From assembly GCA_028023455.1 (NCBI GenBank), contig JAQFVV010000001.1, positions 20,274,001 through 20,338,000 of the forward strand: a stretch of 64,000 bases of DNA. The letters are read 5' to 3'. Every line of letters begins with the position of its first letter. Position 1 is the first letter of the stretch. This DNA comes from Epiperipatus broadwayi. Lineage: Eukaryota > Animalia > Onychophora. Positions 13,571-26,800 of this stretch are shown here, in pieces. The notes under the pieces were generated by a model. It saw only the letters and a program-made list of their open reading frames with translations, had not been told where the DNA came from and searched no databases. A program made the position numbers and the translations under genes.

Positions 13571-16500
13571 ATAGAACAATTTAGCTGCAACAAAACAACA
13601 AGGCATTAACTTTAGAAGTCAATGATAATGATAGATAATTTGAATATTTAATGATTTCCTTCATCAAGTTTCTTCTGTCTGTGCTTCTATATGTATGTAT
13701 AATAGACTTCATGTTTAACAGTACATATTCTAGTGAATTCAAGCTTCTTTCTCTGCTGGCATACATGTAAATAAGCCAGAATCCTCTATATACTGCCTTC
13801 TAAAAATATTTTAACTATCAGAAGAAACAACACAATTGCTTACAGTTTTTAATTTACATTTAAATTCTATACTGTTTGAACTTCAGATACTGGAAGTAGT
13901 TGTTGCATATGAATGGTCCATGAGTCATAACATATCTGGATCTCCAGCCATTCCAAATTAAATATACCAAATCTTTTACTTAATTGGTTCCCTGTTTATA
14001 GCTTTTTGTAGCACTATATAATGGCACATTGAACACTTTGGCTTAATTTTGTGGATATCTGTGGCATGCATTTGCCAGATTTGTATTCATTTAATAGTGA
14101 AAACTGAAACTAGTTTGTATTAATTTAGTATTTTAAAAAGAAGTCTATAGATCTCAGTAGCATACAGAAAACTTAATACAAATGAGCTAAAAATGATAGT
14201 AATTGATAACTTCTATTTGGACCATGACAGCAACCTTGTGAGAGATTTTAAGAGATCTCATTTTTTGCTTGATATTTGAAGAAAATTATATATGTTGTTC
14301 ACGATTTCTTTATATATTTATGATTATTTTTCCAAAAGATTTGCAAAGTATTTATTTTAAGACAAAAATATTCATGACTACACTGAGATTTTATTCAAAA
14401 ATGTTTGTTTAAAGAAAGTAATAACAGTGAGTATAAAGTTGTAATTACTTGAAAAAGAAATGTCTCCATAATCTCTGTAGCATTTATTTCTATCATTTTT
14501 TAATAATTATTGAACAGCATTTTATTGCTTCATAAAAATGGAGTTAATTTTTTTCATTATTGCTCTAATTATGAATTTCAGTAGTTGTTTTTTTTTTTTT
14601 TTATTTTGCATAGTTTATTTTAAGAATGCTTCATTTGTAAACTTATATTTAGAACAAACAAAGTAAAGATAATGGGAATACAGTGCAAAATTAAGATTGA
14701 ATCATTAAAATAAAAAGTAAGAAATATAACCCATATGGTTGTTTAGAGACTATCAAAAAATGTGATAAATACTTAGAAAAGAAATTAAACTCTCCCTCAC
14801 TATTCATAGTCATACTGGGAATGTACAAGTTGAATGTTTTGCTTTGTTAATCAAAAAAATCAGCAGTCCTAATTATTATAAAGCATCTAAATAGAGAGAA
14901 TGAATATGCATAAGTAGGAAAATCCAATCACTAAAAATATTTCAAAATAATGGATACAATATTGAATAATTTAATTATTTAGGGAAATGGAGTAATAATT
15001 TAAAAAATCATCAGAAAACTTATGAATTACTTTAACATTTGCAAACAATCTGTCATGATTCTAATTTCTTCTTTAATTATTGTTTAACACTTATGTTTTA
15101 CATATCTAGAATGATAAATGAAGGAAGATATGTTTACATCAATGCTATTTAATATGCTAATACACATTTGTTTTGCATTTTTAAGTATTTCTTTAGTTTA
15201 ATGAAATCCTAATTATAATAACTGCATAGTCTGTATGTCTAAAACAGCATGCAATAGTGATTACATTTTGAACAATCAATTTGAATATATTATTAGTCAT
15301 CTTGATGGAAGAATAATATATAAGTTAGGTGAGAAGATAAAAATACATTTAATAAATTAAAAAGGAGGAAAAAACTCATTAATGGATATAATTTATGTCA
15401 ATTTTGGTTATTCAATTAAAATAAGTTTAAGTAAAATAACCTATATGAATCAGCTTTCCATCATTTCCAGATTTCTCTCTAATCTGATGATGTTTAGCAC
15501 AATAATGATGAGTATATCTCAGAAAAAAAGGATATTCAAACTCAAATCCTTAAGTTATGAACCAATTGATCAAAACTCTGAATTAAAATAATCAAGCTCA
15601 AACCTTAACTTGATTAATCAATTGATTCAAAATTCTGAATTTAAAATAATTTAAGTCTTCTGGTCATAATGACTGACCACTAATAGTTATTAATTGTGTC
15701 TAAAAATATTTGATCAGCAGCAAACTCTTACAATATACATTGTAATCATATATTTAATCCTTTGGTTTAGATATATGTTTTAAAGTATTCAAATTTTTTT
15801 TTAATTATATAAAATTAGAATAAGTAAATTTCTTTATCTGTGGTATCATAATAAAATCTTAAATTATATGCTTCAATAGTATGAGTTAAAGTAATTCATT
15901 TAACTTAATTAATTAGTAATTCTTTAAAAAATTACCTTAAATTGTTTAATATTTACTCGAAATAATAAAATTGATTAGTTAATGTAGTTAGAATGTTTTG
16001 CAGTTAATTTTTTAAAATAAATAATTTTAAAAATAAGTCATGATTTATTAAATACTAATTTATATTAAAGTATTTAGAATTTGGATTTTAAAATAATATG
16101 TATAACTGACTGAGATTAGCACTAATTTGTAATTGATTTTAAAATATCAGTCAATTTATTTTCATTGTATTAAAAAATGGTTATATTAATGTGGTGTAGT
16201 CTTTAGAGGATGCAAGTGAAATATTAAAAGTTAAAAAGACCTATTAAAAGTAATAAGTGTCTTTTAAAAAATTGAGTACAGTCAATCAATTTTAAAATTA
16301 TTTTAAAAAATAAGATTTTAAATAATGCAAGAAAAGGAGAACAGAAAGAGTATTTGAATAAAAAAAGAATGTTTAATTTAAAAAATCAGTTAATAATTTT
16401 ATTAAATAATTGATTTGATAATTATTTAGAGTTGATAAAAATTGTTAACTAATAAGTTCATTTATCGTCTAAATGATCACATGACAAATTGTCTGGATTT

Positions 16501-18261
16501 AAAGTACAGAGTTCAAGGTTAGATCAATTAAAAGTTAATATTGACTATTAATTCAAATATTATAATACAGACCTGTAACTCACTGGTTTAATAAAGATTG
16601 CAATGCAGCATTAATTTTGGTGCATGGATGGAAAAAAAGCAAACACACACTAGTATAAATATAGACACAATTAAAAAATTTAAACACTTCTACTTCTTCA
16701 CTCTTCATTTCATTTAAATTTTAATTATATTTCAGTTTTGAAGTGAACTGTTTGGTCTTTATTTGACTATTTATTTTAAGTCAATGTTAAAGTTTAAAGT
16801 TTTATTGATTATCATCTTCATAATAAAGAACCAGTAAATTAACCACCCAGTGTTTCTTGTAAAAGCAAAGATTCAACTGGATTATTAAATAACAATTCTA
16901 AAGGATACTAAAAAAATTTTAATATTTTTTTAAAGAACCTAAAGAAAAAATCACATAAGGAAAAGTGTACATTATTTCATTGTTATAATATTAGTTAAAT
17001 TCTGAACTTTGCTATAAAACTATCTCTGACATGTTTTAGCTAATTTTTAATTAGTTATAAATATTAATTATTTGCTATTAAAATAATCAATCTATTTATG
17101 TCAAACTTATATAGAAAGATGAATTCCTATAAAATTAGTAAATTTATAAAAAAAATAAGCATTGACAATTATTTAAAATTATCTTACAAAATAATAATAA
17201 AAGATGAATGTGTGAAAACTAAATTTCTAATTATCATAATGAAAGACTATAACCAGTTTGTTTGTATTAAAAGAATATAACTATTCATCTCAAATTTATA
17301 TTTAAATGTTTTGCTTTTAAATTTCTGACTGTTTCGAGTATATTATGATTATACTTAAAAAGGAATAAATATAATTTAAGTTTACTACAGTTGACTTATA
17401 ATAAAACTTCATAAAGAGCAATTTTAAATCAAAAATTATTCTGTTCATTACTCCTCTGATTTTTATTACTATTTAAAAACTATGTTTTTGAAAGAAACTG
17501 TCATTAAAATAATTTGCCATCAGCTCCTGTTATTTTATGTGTGAAAACTTTAACTCAAAAATATTTCTGTATATATGTATCTGCTCTATTTAATAAAGGA
17601 CTGTGTATGTATTCATATATCACTTCAATAAAAGAACAAAAGAACTGAAAACAGATAGTGTGCTTTATACAAAGGAAATGAACTGTTAGTCTCTTAAATG
17701 TTATTATAGTTATTGTGTATTTTTTTTTTTACTTTAGAATTATGATTATTATTAATTATTATATTATAAATATGTTTGTATGAGCTGTGTTCCAAAAGTG
17801 AAATTGGTAAGATATACAGTAGTTTTTATTTTATATGTTGGTTTTATTATTCTGGAGTTGTTCTATATGAGTATTTAAAATTATAAATGATTGCACCCAA
17901 AAATATAACAGCCTTTCATATATTTATGATGAGTATTTTATAAATAAAAGTATTATAAATATCAGTATGTATATAATAATTTTAAATAGTTCATACATAG
18001 TGTTGGTACCATTATTCAATAACAGGTTTGTAGGTATACATATAATCTTAAACCAAGTGAATGAATTATGACCCTTTATATGAACAATTATTCATGTGTT
18101 TATTATTATTATTAGTGCTTGGTAGTATTTTTGAGGCAATGGATGTTATATTACTTTTAAGTATATTTAATCACTCTATGATAGAGAGTATAACTCATTC
18201 ATTAATTGGCACCACTTGTACATAATACCAGGTGTTTAAACATATTTTTTAAAGTGTCATA

Positions 18262-18327
18262 GCATTGGCCGGGACCCGAACCCGCAACCCGGGCAACTAC
18301 CAGGCAGTCACACTGACCTCTCGACCC
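18262..18327 (-). mobile_element. tRNA-Gly-derived SINE head or tRNA pseudogene
   Basis: Minus strand reads GGTCGAGAGGTCAG (A-box-like)...CTGCCT...GGGTTCGGGTCC (B-box-like) CGGCCAATGC (tRNA-Gly 3' end). Similar to 59557-59628; no intact cloverleaf. Confidence 0.65.
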
Positions 18328-18828
18328 TTTATCCACTATACCTAGAATTTAGGCTAGGATATATTTTGGTGTATATTCACAGGAATGTTCAGCTTTACAA
18401 TTTATTATTATCTCCACTACAATTTTTTTAGCTTCAAATATATGATTATTGTCAAGCATCATTATTTCTTCACTCTAACATAGATATTGTTAATGTTATA
18501 AGAGTTTTTATATTGCAAAATATTGGTTGCTATTGTATTAATATTTTTTAAGTGTCTCCACACTAATTTTTTAATACTATTTTTGATTAAGTAAAGTGTA
18601 TAATATGTCATAGTAAACTGGACAAAGGCATAGAGGTATATTGTTTTACATAATAGACGCTGGATTTTAAATCAAAAATGTACTTTGTGAATAAGAAAAC
18701 TATTGGGTAGTAGATATTACTTATATGATAAAATTGTAAAAATGATTTTAAGAAATGTACACCAATGTATTAATTAATAATATTTGAAAATTATAGATAA
18801 TAAATTTTAAAAAAATAATAATAATTAT

Positions 18829-19713
18829 TAATACATTTAAAATCAGCCTTTCCAAGCTATTGCACATGCGCTTTTTAAGAGTGTTAATAATAAATGAATA
18901 CTTTCACTCCCAACACGAGATATAGTATTTAAGAAAAAATAAAATGAATCCACTTATTCTTTCCAACCCAAATGCTTATATATGGGCAAATCTTAAGTAC
19001 TGGAAGTGAAAGCATGAGGATAGACCACTAACTTTAAATTACTGTTTATGATATCTGAATGAGTGACATTGGTGAAATTATCTAGAATTTATTAAACGTC
19101 ACTCTCAAATGAAACTTCAACATATGTAAGTAAGTAAGCATTTATTTATATAGCGCTATGTTTATATTTGTAATACATTTAAAATCAGCCTTTCCAAGCT
19201 ATTGTGCATGCGCTTTTTACAAGTGTTAATAATAAATGAATACTTTCACTCCCAACACAAGATATAGTATTTAAGAAAGAATAAAATGAAAAAACGCATG
19301 CACAATAGCTCGGAAAGACTGATTTTAAAAGTATTACAATTATAAACATAGTGCTATATAAATAAATGCTTACTTACATATGTTTAAGCTTCATTTGAAA
19401 GTGACGTTTAGTAAATTCTAGATAATTTAGCCGACGTCACCCATTCAGATATCATAAACAGTAATCTAAAGTGAGTGGTCCATCCTCACGCTTTCACTTC
19501 CAGTACTTAAGATTTGCCCATATATAAGCATTTGGGTTGGAAAAAATAAATTGATTCATTTTATCCTTTATTAAATACTATATCTCATGTTGGGAGTGAA
19601 AGTATTCATTTATTATTAACACTCGTAAAAAGTGCATGCACAATAGCTTGTAAAGGCCGATTTTAAATGTATTACAATTATAAACATAGTGCTATATAAA
19701 TAAATGCTTACTT
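18829..19713. repeat. Family B composite: ~1.35 head-to-tail ~342-bp monomers joined to ~1.25 inverted monomers
   Basis: taatacatttaaaatcagcctttccaagct at 18829 and 19171 (period 342). Orientation flips at ~19291. The reverse copies gcatgcacaatagct at ~19296 and ~19634 have period ~338. Confidence 0.9.
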
Positions 19714-20348
19714 AATAATAATTATTGTAAATAAATATTTTTATTACATGGATTATTATATGTTGGAAATAAATATTTTATTATTAATTAAATATATTTT
19801 TGTTTCATTGACATTATATTATTTTTAAGAGTACATTTCCAGGATCAAGTAGTATTTATACATTCATTTTGCTTAATAATTATTTAATTATTTTACCTGC
19901 ATTCTTAAAAAAATAAATGTTATATTATTTACCTCATTTCAAATGCACAACATGTTGTGTAGTTGGCAGCATAAAAAATGTCCTTATTCCCTTCTATATT
20001 ATTTTGATGTTGCTTATTCAAATTTACATCAGAAAATATAAGATTTCTGTATTATAGTCAATAGAAATGAAATCGTTGTATTTAAATGATTATAAATTAT
20101 TTAGATATGTTGTCAAATTATTAATTATATATTACTTAAGTATTTGAGTATTCTGTTATTATATAATTTCATTTCTATTTTCTTAAAATACTAAGATTTC
20201 AAAATAAACTGAAAAAATGTCAAATGTTCCATAAATAACAATTATATTTTTATTAAGAAGTTAAAGTATTACCATTAACATTTTGTTCCAAATGCATTTT
20301 ATTCTGAATTTGAACCCTGTCATCGAGATATCCTAAAATGTTAAAATA

Positions 20349-20594
20349 ACCTATATTTGAGATAGATATGGTTTTAAAATCTGAGATTAAAATATTTTAA
20401 ACTTATAAAAGAACTCACATTTGAGATTAAGATATTTTACAACATAAGCTATGATATTTAAACCTGAACTCATATTTAAGATAAATACAATATTTCTAGA
20501 ACATAAGATAAAATATCTATAAGTGAAAAGAATCTATATTTGAGACCAAGATACCTTAAGAAATAAAATAAAATATTTTGAATTATAAAAAGAA
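20349..20594. repeat. Diverged minisatellite, about four 55-65 bp units
   Basis: Recurrent (c/t)ta(c/t)atttgagat...aaaatattt...aaaagaa units. Confidence 0.6.
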
Positions 20595-22075
20595 CATTGT
20601 ATTTTAATCATTATATTTAGCTGTGGTATTATCTGCAAGAGGACTTATACTCTGGGGTGATTTTCAAAATCTGTGCTATGTGCCTGCGTGTGTAACCTTT
20701 GATTGTTCAGCTAACCTCCAACAGTTTATATGGTTACATGGTTGGTTTTTAGTAACAAACATGGTGGGTTTGATTGTAAGTCTCACATATTCCCAGCACT
20801 CCTTTGTCTGTCAGTCACTAGGTTACAATATATACACAAAAGTATAATTAATATAAATGGATATGAATGAACACATTCAGAAACAATCCTTCCTATGATC
20901 CTGTAAAGCAACTCTCTTAAATATATCTTCAAGGCGAAAGGTTAGCACACTTTCTGAAAAATACTGAAGCAATGCATTCTATTAACCAAACTAGTATTAG
21001 AATATTGTTTTCCTTTCTTATTTTACTAAGCAGTGAAGAATAATTCAGAAATTTTGCAACTCAGATTTATATAGCTACACCAAAATTTAAATATGAGATC
21101 ATGAAATGACAGTTTAGCTTACTAACTCTAAAGTCAATTCTGCTCCTGATTAATGGTTTTATAATAAAATTCTACGACAAAACTATTGTCTACTGCTTTC
21201 AGCACTCAGTGCGATAAAAATATGCTTACAGGATTTAATATAAATTAAAAAAAATCATTAAAAATCTTTCCATTAACTCTTAGGAAAATAAATTAATTTT
21301 CTCATAAATAGTTCTATTGTTAAAAAATAAAATTATGAATAGCATTAAAATTATAGCTTGAAGACATTTTTAATGTTAAAGAGATTCAAATGTTTACTGC
21401 AATTCATTAAACTGATTAGTAAACAACTCAACCTTTAAAACAAAAATAAAAATATATTTAAAGAGCTTAGTAATTTTTTTTTCTTGCAATAATATATATT
21501 TTTGTGTGTGTGTGTTTTCGTTTGTTGCAAAATTTCTGCAGCTCATCACACGCACGCAAACACAAAAATAATTTAAGAAATATAAAAATTACTTATTCAT
21601 AAAACAAATTTAAAACAATCGTTTGTCTTGACGTCTAATTTTTGTTTGTGTGTTTTGTTCAAAGAAAAATTAATTAACAATTATTCTTTAACTTTTTGTA
21701 ATGAGAATAATATATATATAGTACATACATATATTTATTTAAAAAACAATTTAGAAAAAAAAAAAATCTCAGAGACACCAATATTTTAAGATGACATTTT
21801 TGTCAGGATGATGTATCAATTGCATTAATAAAATTAAGTCGGATTTCATTAGTAGTATTATGTTTAACGCCCTACTCAATTTTCGAGACGCTTTTCCATG
21901 CACTAGTTATTATAATTAAAGCAAATTCTTCAAAATTAATACTGCTTGTATAATTATTTTAATATTTAATGTATTTTAACATTATAACATGCATATAAAT
22001 AATAGAAATAACTCATTAAAGCTTATTAATTATAATAAATAACAAAAATATCATACCTAATAGCTATATAAATAT

Positions 22076-22922
22076 ATAGGAAGTACCCCAAAAAACTGCA
22101 ATCATTTTCTAGAGGACAAGCACATTGTAGTACATTCTCCTCTGATAGATGCCTCTTGTGGAGACTCTCCTGCAACAGTCTTCTGACTTATGTGATCAAA
22201 TGATGTCATTGAGCTGTTAGTAATTTTTTTTGTGAAGTGTCTCACTTATTTGTTGTTTTCTGGTGGAGAAAATAACAGTGGAAACAGTTATAATGCTTGA
22301 AACAGCTTTTGTTCTGAGGAAAACACAAATTTATCAGTAATTTAATGGATGAGTTCAAATTCACAATTCCCAAAAAAGTTCAGTTAGTAACATCCAATAT
22401 CAAGATGCCAATGATTGATTTTTTGACGCAAATGGCATTCTTCACTCAGAATTCATTTGTAACAATTAGGCACTTTATTTATGAATTCTGAAATATCTGC
22501 ATGATGCAGAGAAATAAAAATGTCCCAATTTATGGCAAAGTGGGAAATGATAAATTCACTGTGCAATGCCTCAACATACAAAGCCTTGAGTGTGAAACAA
22601 TTTTTAAGCAAAAACAGTATTTTTTAGTTATCTATCCACCATATTCACCCAATCTCACTGCATGCAATTTCTTTTTATTCCCCAAATAAAAAAAGGCCTT
22701 AAAAGAAAATGTCCTGCATACTTCAAGAGGTAAAAAAAAACAATAACAGAGGGATTAATTCATTACTAAATTTCAGGATTGCTTCAAACAGTGGAAAACA
22801 TATTTAGACCAGTGCATTGCATCAAATGGACAATACTTTGAAGGAGATTAAATTTATACATCAAATATAAATGCAGAATATTATATTACAAAATTACAGG
22901 ATTTTGGGGTAACTGTTCATAT
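22076..22922 (+). mobile_element. Internally deleted mariner (Tc1/mariner) relic with TIRs
   Basis: YPPYSPNLTACNFFLFPK (cf. the YSPDL motif), FFDANGILHSEF, terminal CIASNGQYFEGD*. Imperfect TIRs ...gtaccccaaaaaactgcaat at left and attacaggattttggggtaac at right. Confidence 0.85.
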
Positions 22923-23276
22923 CTATGTATACATTGTAGCCTTTTAATTTGCTGTTTCAAAGAAGGATTTAAATTTTACATAATGGTCAAAATTTTAAAT
23001 TTAGAAAGCACACCATGGTATTAATTTTTCATTTATAAAGTGTATTAAAAGTTTAATCTATATTATATAAGTATAAGATTCTGTCAATTTAATTAACAGA
23101 CACCTTTTATAATAGTCATACATATTTTAAAAGTCACATTTATTTCAATTGTAATTGTATTTAATAATTATAAACATATTTAAATTATATTTGTCAAAAT
23201 TTATAATATTCAACTAATTTTATAGTAGTTATAAAAGGAATATTCATTTAATTATTTTTACAGTAACTCTTTAAAG

Positions 23277-23317
23277 GTGTGTGTGTGTGTGTGTGTGTGC
23301 GTGCGTGTGTGTGTGTG
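23277..23317. repeat. (TG)n microsatellite with TGCG interruption
   Basis: Seen directly. Confidence 0.95.
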
Positions 23318-23415
23318 GATATGTTTGCAGAATCTTATTTGTTGGAAATAATATTTTATTTCAATTAAAAATATTAAAATATTTAATATTACAATTTTTA
23401 AATAGTAATAATTTT

Positions 23416-23884
23416 ATAAAAAATGGTGATCATGTGAAGTTTATTGGCTTAAAACCAGTCCTAGGATGGTAGTGGCTCTGGTTATTGAAGAACCAAAGAC
23501 ACCAAATGAACTGAGTTCAGACCTATATGACTATATAAGCTACTGAGCTTGGATTAAAATATTATGGTGTTTTCAATTAAGACTCATAGTTTTGTAGTTA
23601 AGTAGAGATAAAAAGTGGCTGATGGAGGGTTGCATTAGATCTTAAGATCTTGATGCAGTGTTCTCAGATCCAAGGCTCCTCACTGATGAAGGCCACAATC
23701 CAGAAACTAGTCTGGGGATATTGAATGAGTAGGCACTAGATGGGGATTTTATGCAAAAGCCTTCTGGCATCCATTGATTACTCTAGCTTGCAGTGAATAG
23801 CAATATGTATAATTAGTTTTGCCTGTTTTAATAACAGTTATACCAAGCATAAAAAATGGCGATCATGTGATGTTTATTGGCTTA
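23416..23884 (+). mobile_element. Family A non-coding pLTR-like element: 433-bp monomer plus 36-bp terminal direct repeat, with hammerhead
   Basis: ataaaaaatgg(t/c)gatcatgtga(a/t)gtttattggctta at 23416-23451 and 23849-23884. The interior aligns with 3945-4260. The same terminal sequence precedes a GIY-YIG remnant at 29.2-29.6 kb. Confidence 0.85.
23677..23718 (+). ncRNA. Minimal type-I hammerhead ribozyme motif
   Basis: TCCTCA CTGATGA AGGCCACAATCCA GAAA CTAG TC TGGGGA: intact cores, palindromic stem III (ACTAGT), GUC site (cleavage after 23712). Stem II is weak (GG/CC flanked by A-A). Confidence 0.8.
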
Positions 23885-26800
23885 CTAATTTTATACTTAA
23901 TATAATTATTAATTATATTATTTTTGATTTAAATAAATAATTATTACTAAGAATAAAAAATTTTAGTTGTATTTAAATTTAAAAATAATTATATTTATTG
24001 TTAAATGTTTAAATATTTTATTAATTTAATATTGTTTAAAATTGTAGACAAAATTAATTTATGCAAAAAAAAATTTCTAGTTGATTAAAAGTGATGACCA
24101 ATGAAATGGATTTAATTATGGGTCTGATATCATACTGTCTACAATATAAAAGGTAAGAGCAGATGTGAATAAGAACTAATAAATCTGTTTCTGTTAGTGT
24201 TTTAAAATTCAAAATTTTTTTTATTGTTGTATTTTAAATAAATTAAAAGTTACCTTCAATAAACTGAATAATTATATAACAAATGTTTTAGAAGTATTAT
24301 AAAGTGATAATGGAGTAAATTAAAAAATTATTCATGGGTAACTAATCCAATCTTAAATATTGAACTACTCAAACTATAGTTGCTATTGGAAGCGTAAAGA
24401 AACAGCAGTATTATTTTCAGAAAAAAAAAATGAAAAGTGATTACATTAGATTCGTGAATACAAAAAAAAAAAAAATGAAAAGTGATTATTAACAAATTCC
24501 AAGAATTTGCAAATCTAATTGCATAAGAATATGTTTGGTTATCTCTTTATTTTTAATGAATCTAATAATTAATTTACTAAGGAACCTATATTTATTTAAA
24601 ATGAACAATTATTATAAAATTGATAAAACACTTTATAGAACTTTTCCATTAACTATATAATAATAATTATGAACTTATTTTTTAAAAAAAGAATTATATT
24701 GAATAGAATTATTTGCATACAAAAATAAAATTAAAACTAAATAAAAATTAATAATAGGGTACTTTTAACAGTAATGAAGGAATGTACCTAGTGTGATTAA
24801 TGTTTTTATATAATACTAAAATGACTACTGATAAACTAACTTATTATATTAAAGGATGCCTATCTTTGATGATGAACTTCATGATATGATAATTTAAAAG
24901 AAGGAATTGTTTATTTCAATAAAGAATATTAAAGAAAATATAAATTATGATATTTTAATAAACTAGAACAATAGATATAAGTGTGGGTGACATAAAATAG
25001 ATAAGAAAAGATAAACCGATTAAAAATTGGAAGTTATTACTGATAACAGAAAACCAGTTATTTAATATGCTTCTCATGGATAATGAATATTAAAGAATGA
25101 TATTTAATATTTGAAAAAGTACTTTAAAAATAATTCAATGTTCTAGCTTTTAAATGCACTAAAGTGAAGTTAAAGATCTTATAATAGACAGTGAAGAGCG
25201 CTCAGAAATTTAATAAAATTTTATTAATTATGGATATATTTATCATTATTATTTTTAAATTTTATATTTTAAACAATGTGTTATCAAACGGGAAGAGAGG
25301 GAAAATGATAACAAGAGAAGAAGTTGAAACTGACAACCGTCATCATGGTAACAACTATAGAGATAGGGGAGTTAGTTTTAAAAAGAAAAAAATGATTGAA
25401 AAAGTTTCAATCAATTTTTTTTTTCATTATTATTAATGATAAATATTTATAAGATGTATTTTTAGGTTAAGAAGGAAACTACTCAACTAATTTATATGGT
25501 TTATTAATGTTTTAAAATTAATAATTTTAATATAACATTAGATTTTAAAATTTTAAATTAAAAGTATATTATGCTTATTTATAAAATTGTTTCATGGATC
25601 TGCCAAACAGCTGAAGAACAGTAATGGGAATTTTAAATAATATGATGTTATGTACTTTAATATGCATTAAGAGTAATGGTTTATTTATTTAAAAAGTGGT
25701 CTAAATTGAATTATTAATTTATTATACTAGAATATATTTCATGATACAGAATGAGTAATAATTATGAGTCAAAAAAAAGGTATATTGCTAAGAGAAATAT
25801 TAATGTATAAGAAGTGCATAATACTCTAAGTGAAGTATGATATAGAATGTATGCAATATTTAATAATGTTAAATCTTGATCTCAAATATTATAATGTATT
25901 AAGTATATACAATGATGTTAGTCATAAGAATAAATGTTATTTATTTTAGCAAATGATATATCATAATTATAAATTTATAAAGTATAGGAAAATAAAGGTT
26001 ATATACATGAATTGGAAAGATAATATTACGCTGATGCTAAAACTTTATAAGTGGAGAAGAGATAAGTTTAAAATGCCAGAATAATGCAGTATCATTCTGA
26101 AAAACTAATGTAATATGTAATGGGTTTAAAAGACACCCATATTATCTTAGTGAAATAAGTGAGGATTTATAAGATATAACAACCCTATTCTGTAAGTGCT
26201 TCAGAGTAAAGTCAGAATTGTAGTGATAGGATCATTAAAATAATAATGACTATCCCAAGGTTATAATTGGGAAAAAAGAAATGTTAGTTACTTTTATTCT
26301 TATAATGTAAGGTTTTTTATTAAATTAGTTTCTTATCCTAAATAGTATCTTTGATATTGGATTATAGTTAAGCATTATATGTAAGTAATTTGTTTAGGAG
26401 TTTATAGATTTTCTTCCTACTGTTAGTAATGATAGTTCCAAGAAGAAGCAAGGACCATATGCAAAACAAATACAATTAGATTTTAAAAAAGAGAAGAATA
26501 AGTTATTAGCAGAATAATATCTGAATGTATAACTTTTTTTAAAAAAAAAAAGTAAATATTCTTGATTCAGTTGTTTATTCAAAATATCTTGTTTACATTG
26601 TAAAAACAATATAAAAGTATAAAAAGTCATATAGTAAATATTAATATATTGATATGATAATTATAAGATTTTAATACTTGGTATTTGAATAAATTTAAGA
26701 AAGATAAATGTAAAGTAACTGACCATTAAGGCATATTTGATGTAATAATAAAATTTCTCAACTTTATGAAAATATGAATAGTAATTAAATTTGTCATATG

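Noticed and set aside
15655-15690. ctggtcataatgactga stem-loop near weak GIY-YIG-like remnants (15.2-15.4 kb)
   Set aside because: Resembles an HHR stem II but both cores are absent.
19049-19082. CTGAATGAGTGACATTGGTGAAATTATC in family B as a hammerhead
   Set aside because: The core has an extra base, stem II is not in register and the reverse copy lacks GAAA; noted only within the family B finding.
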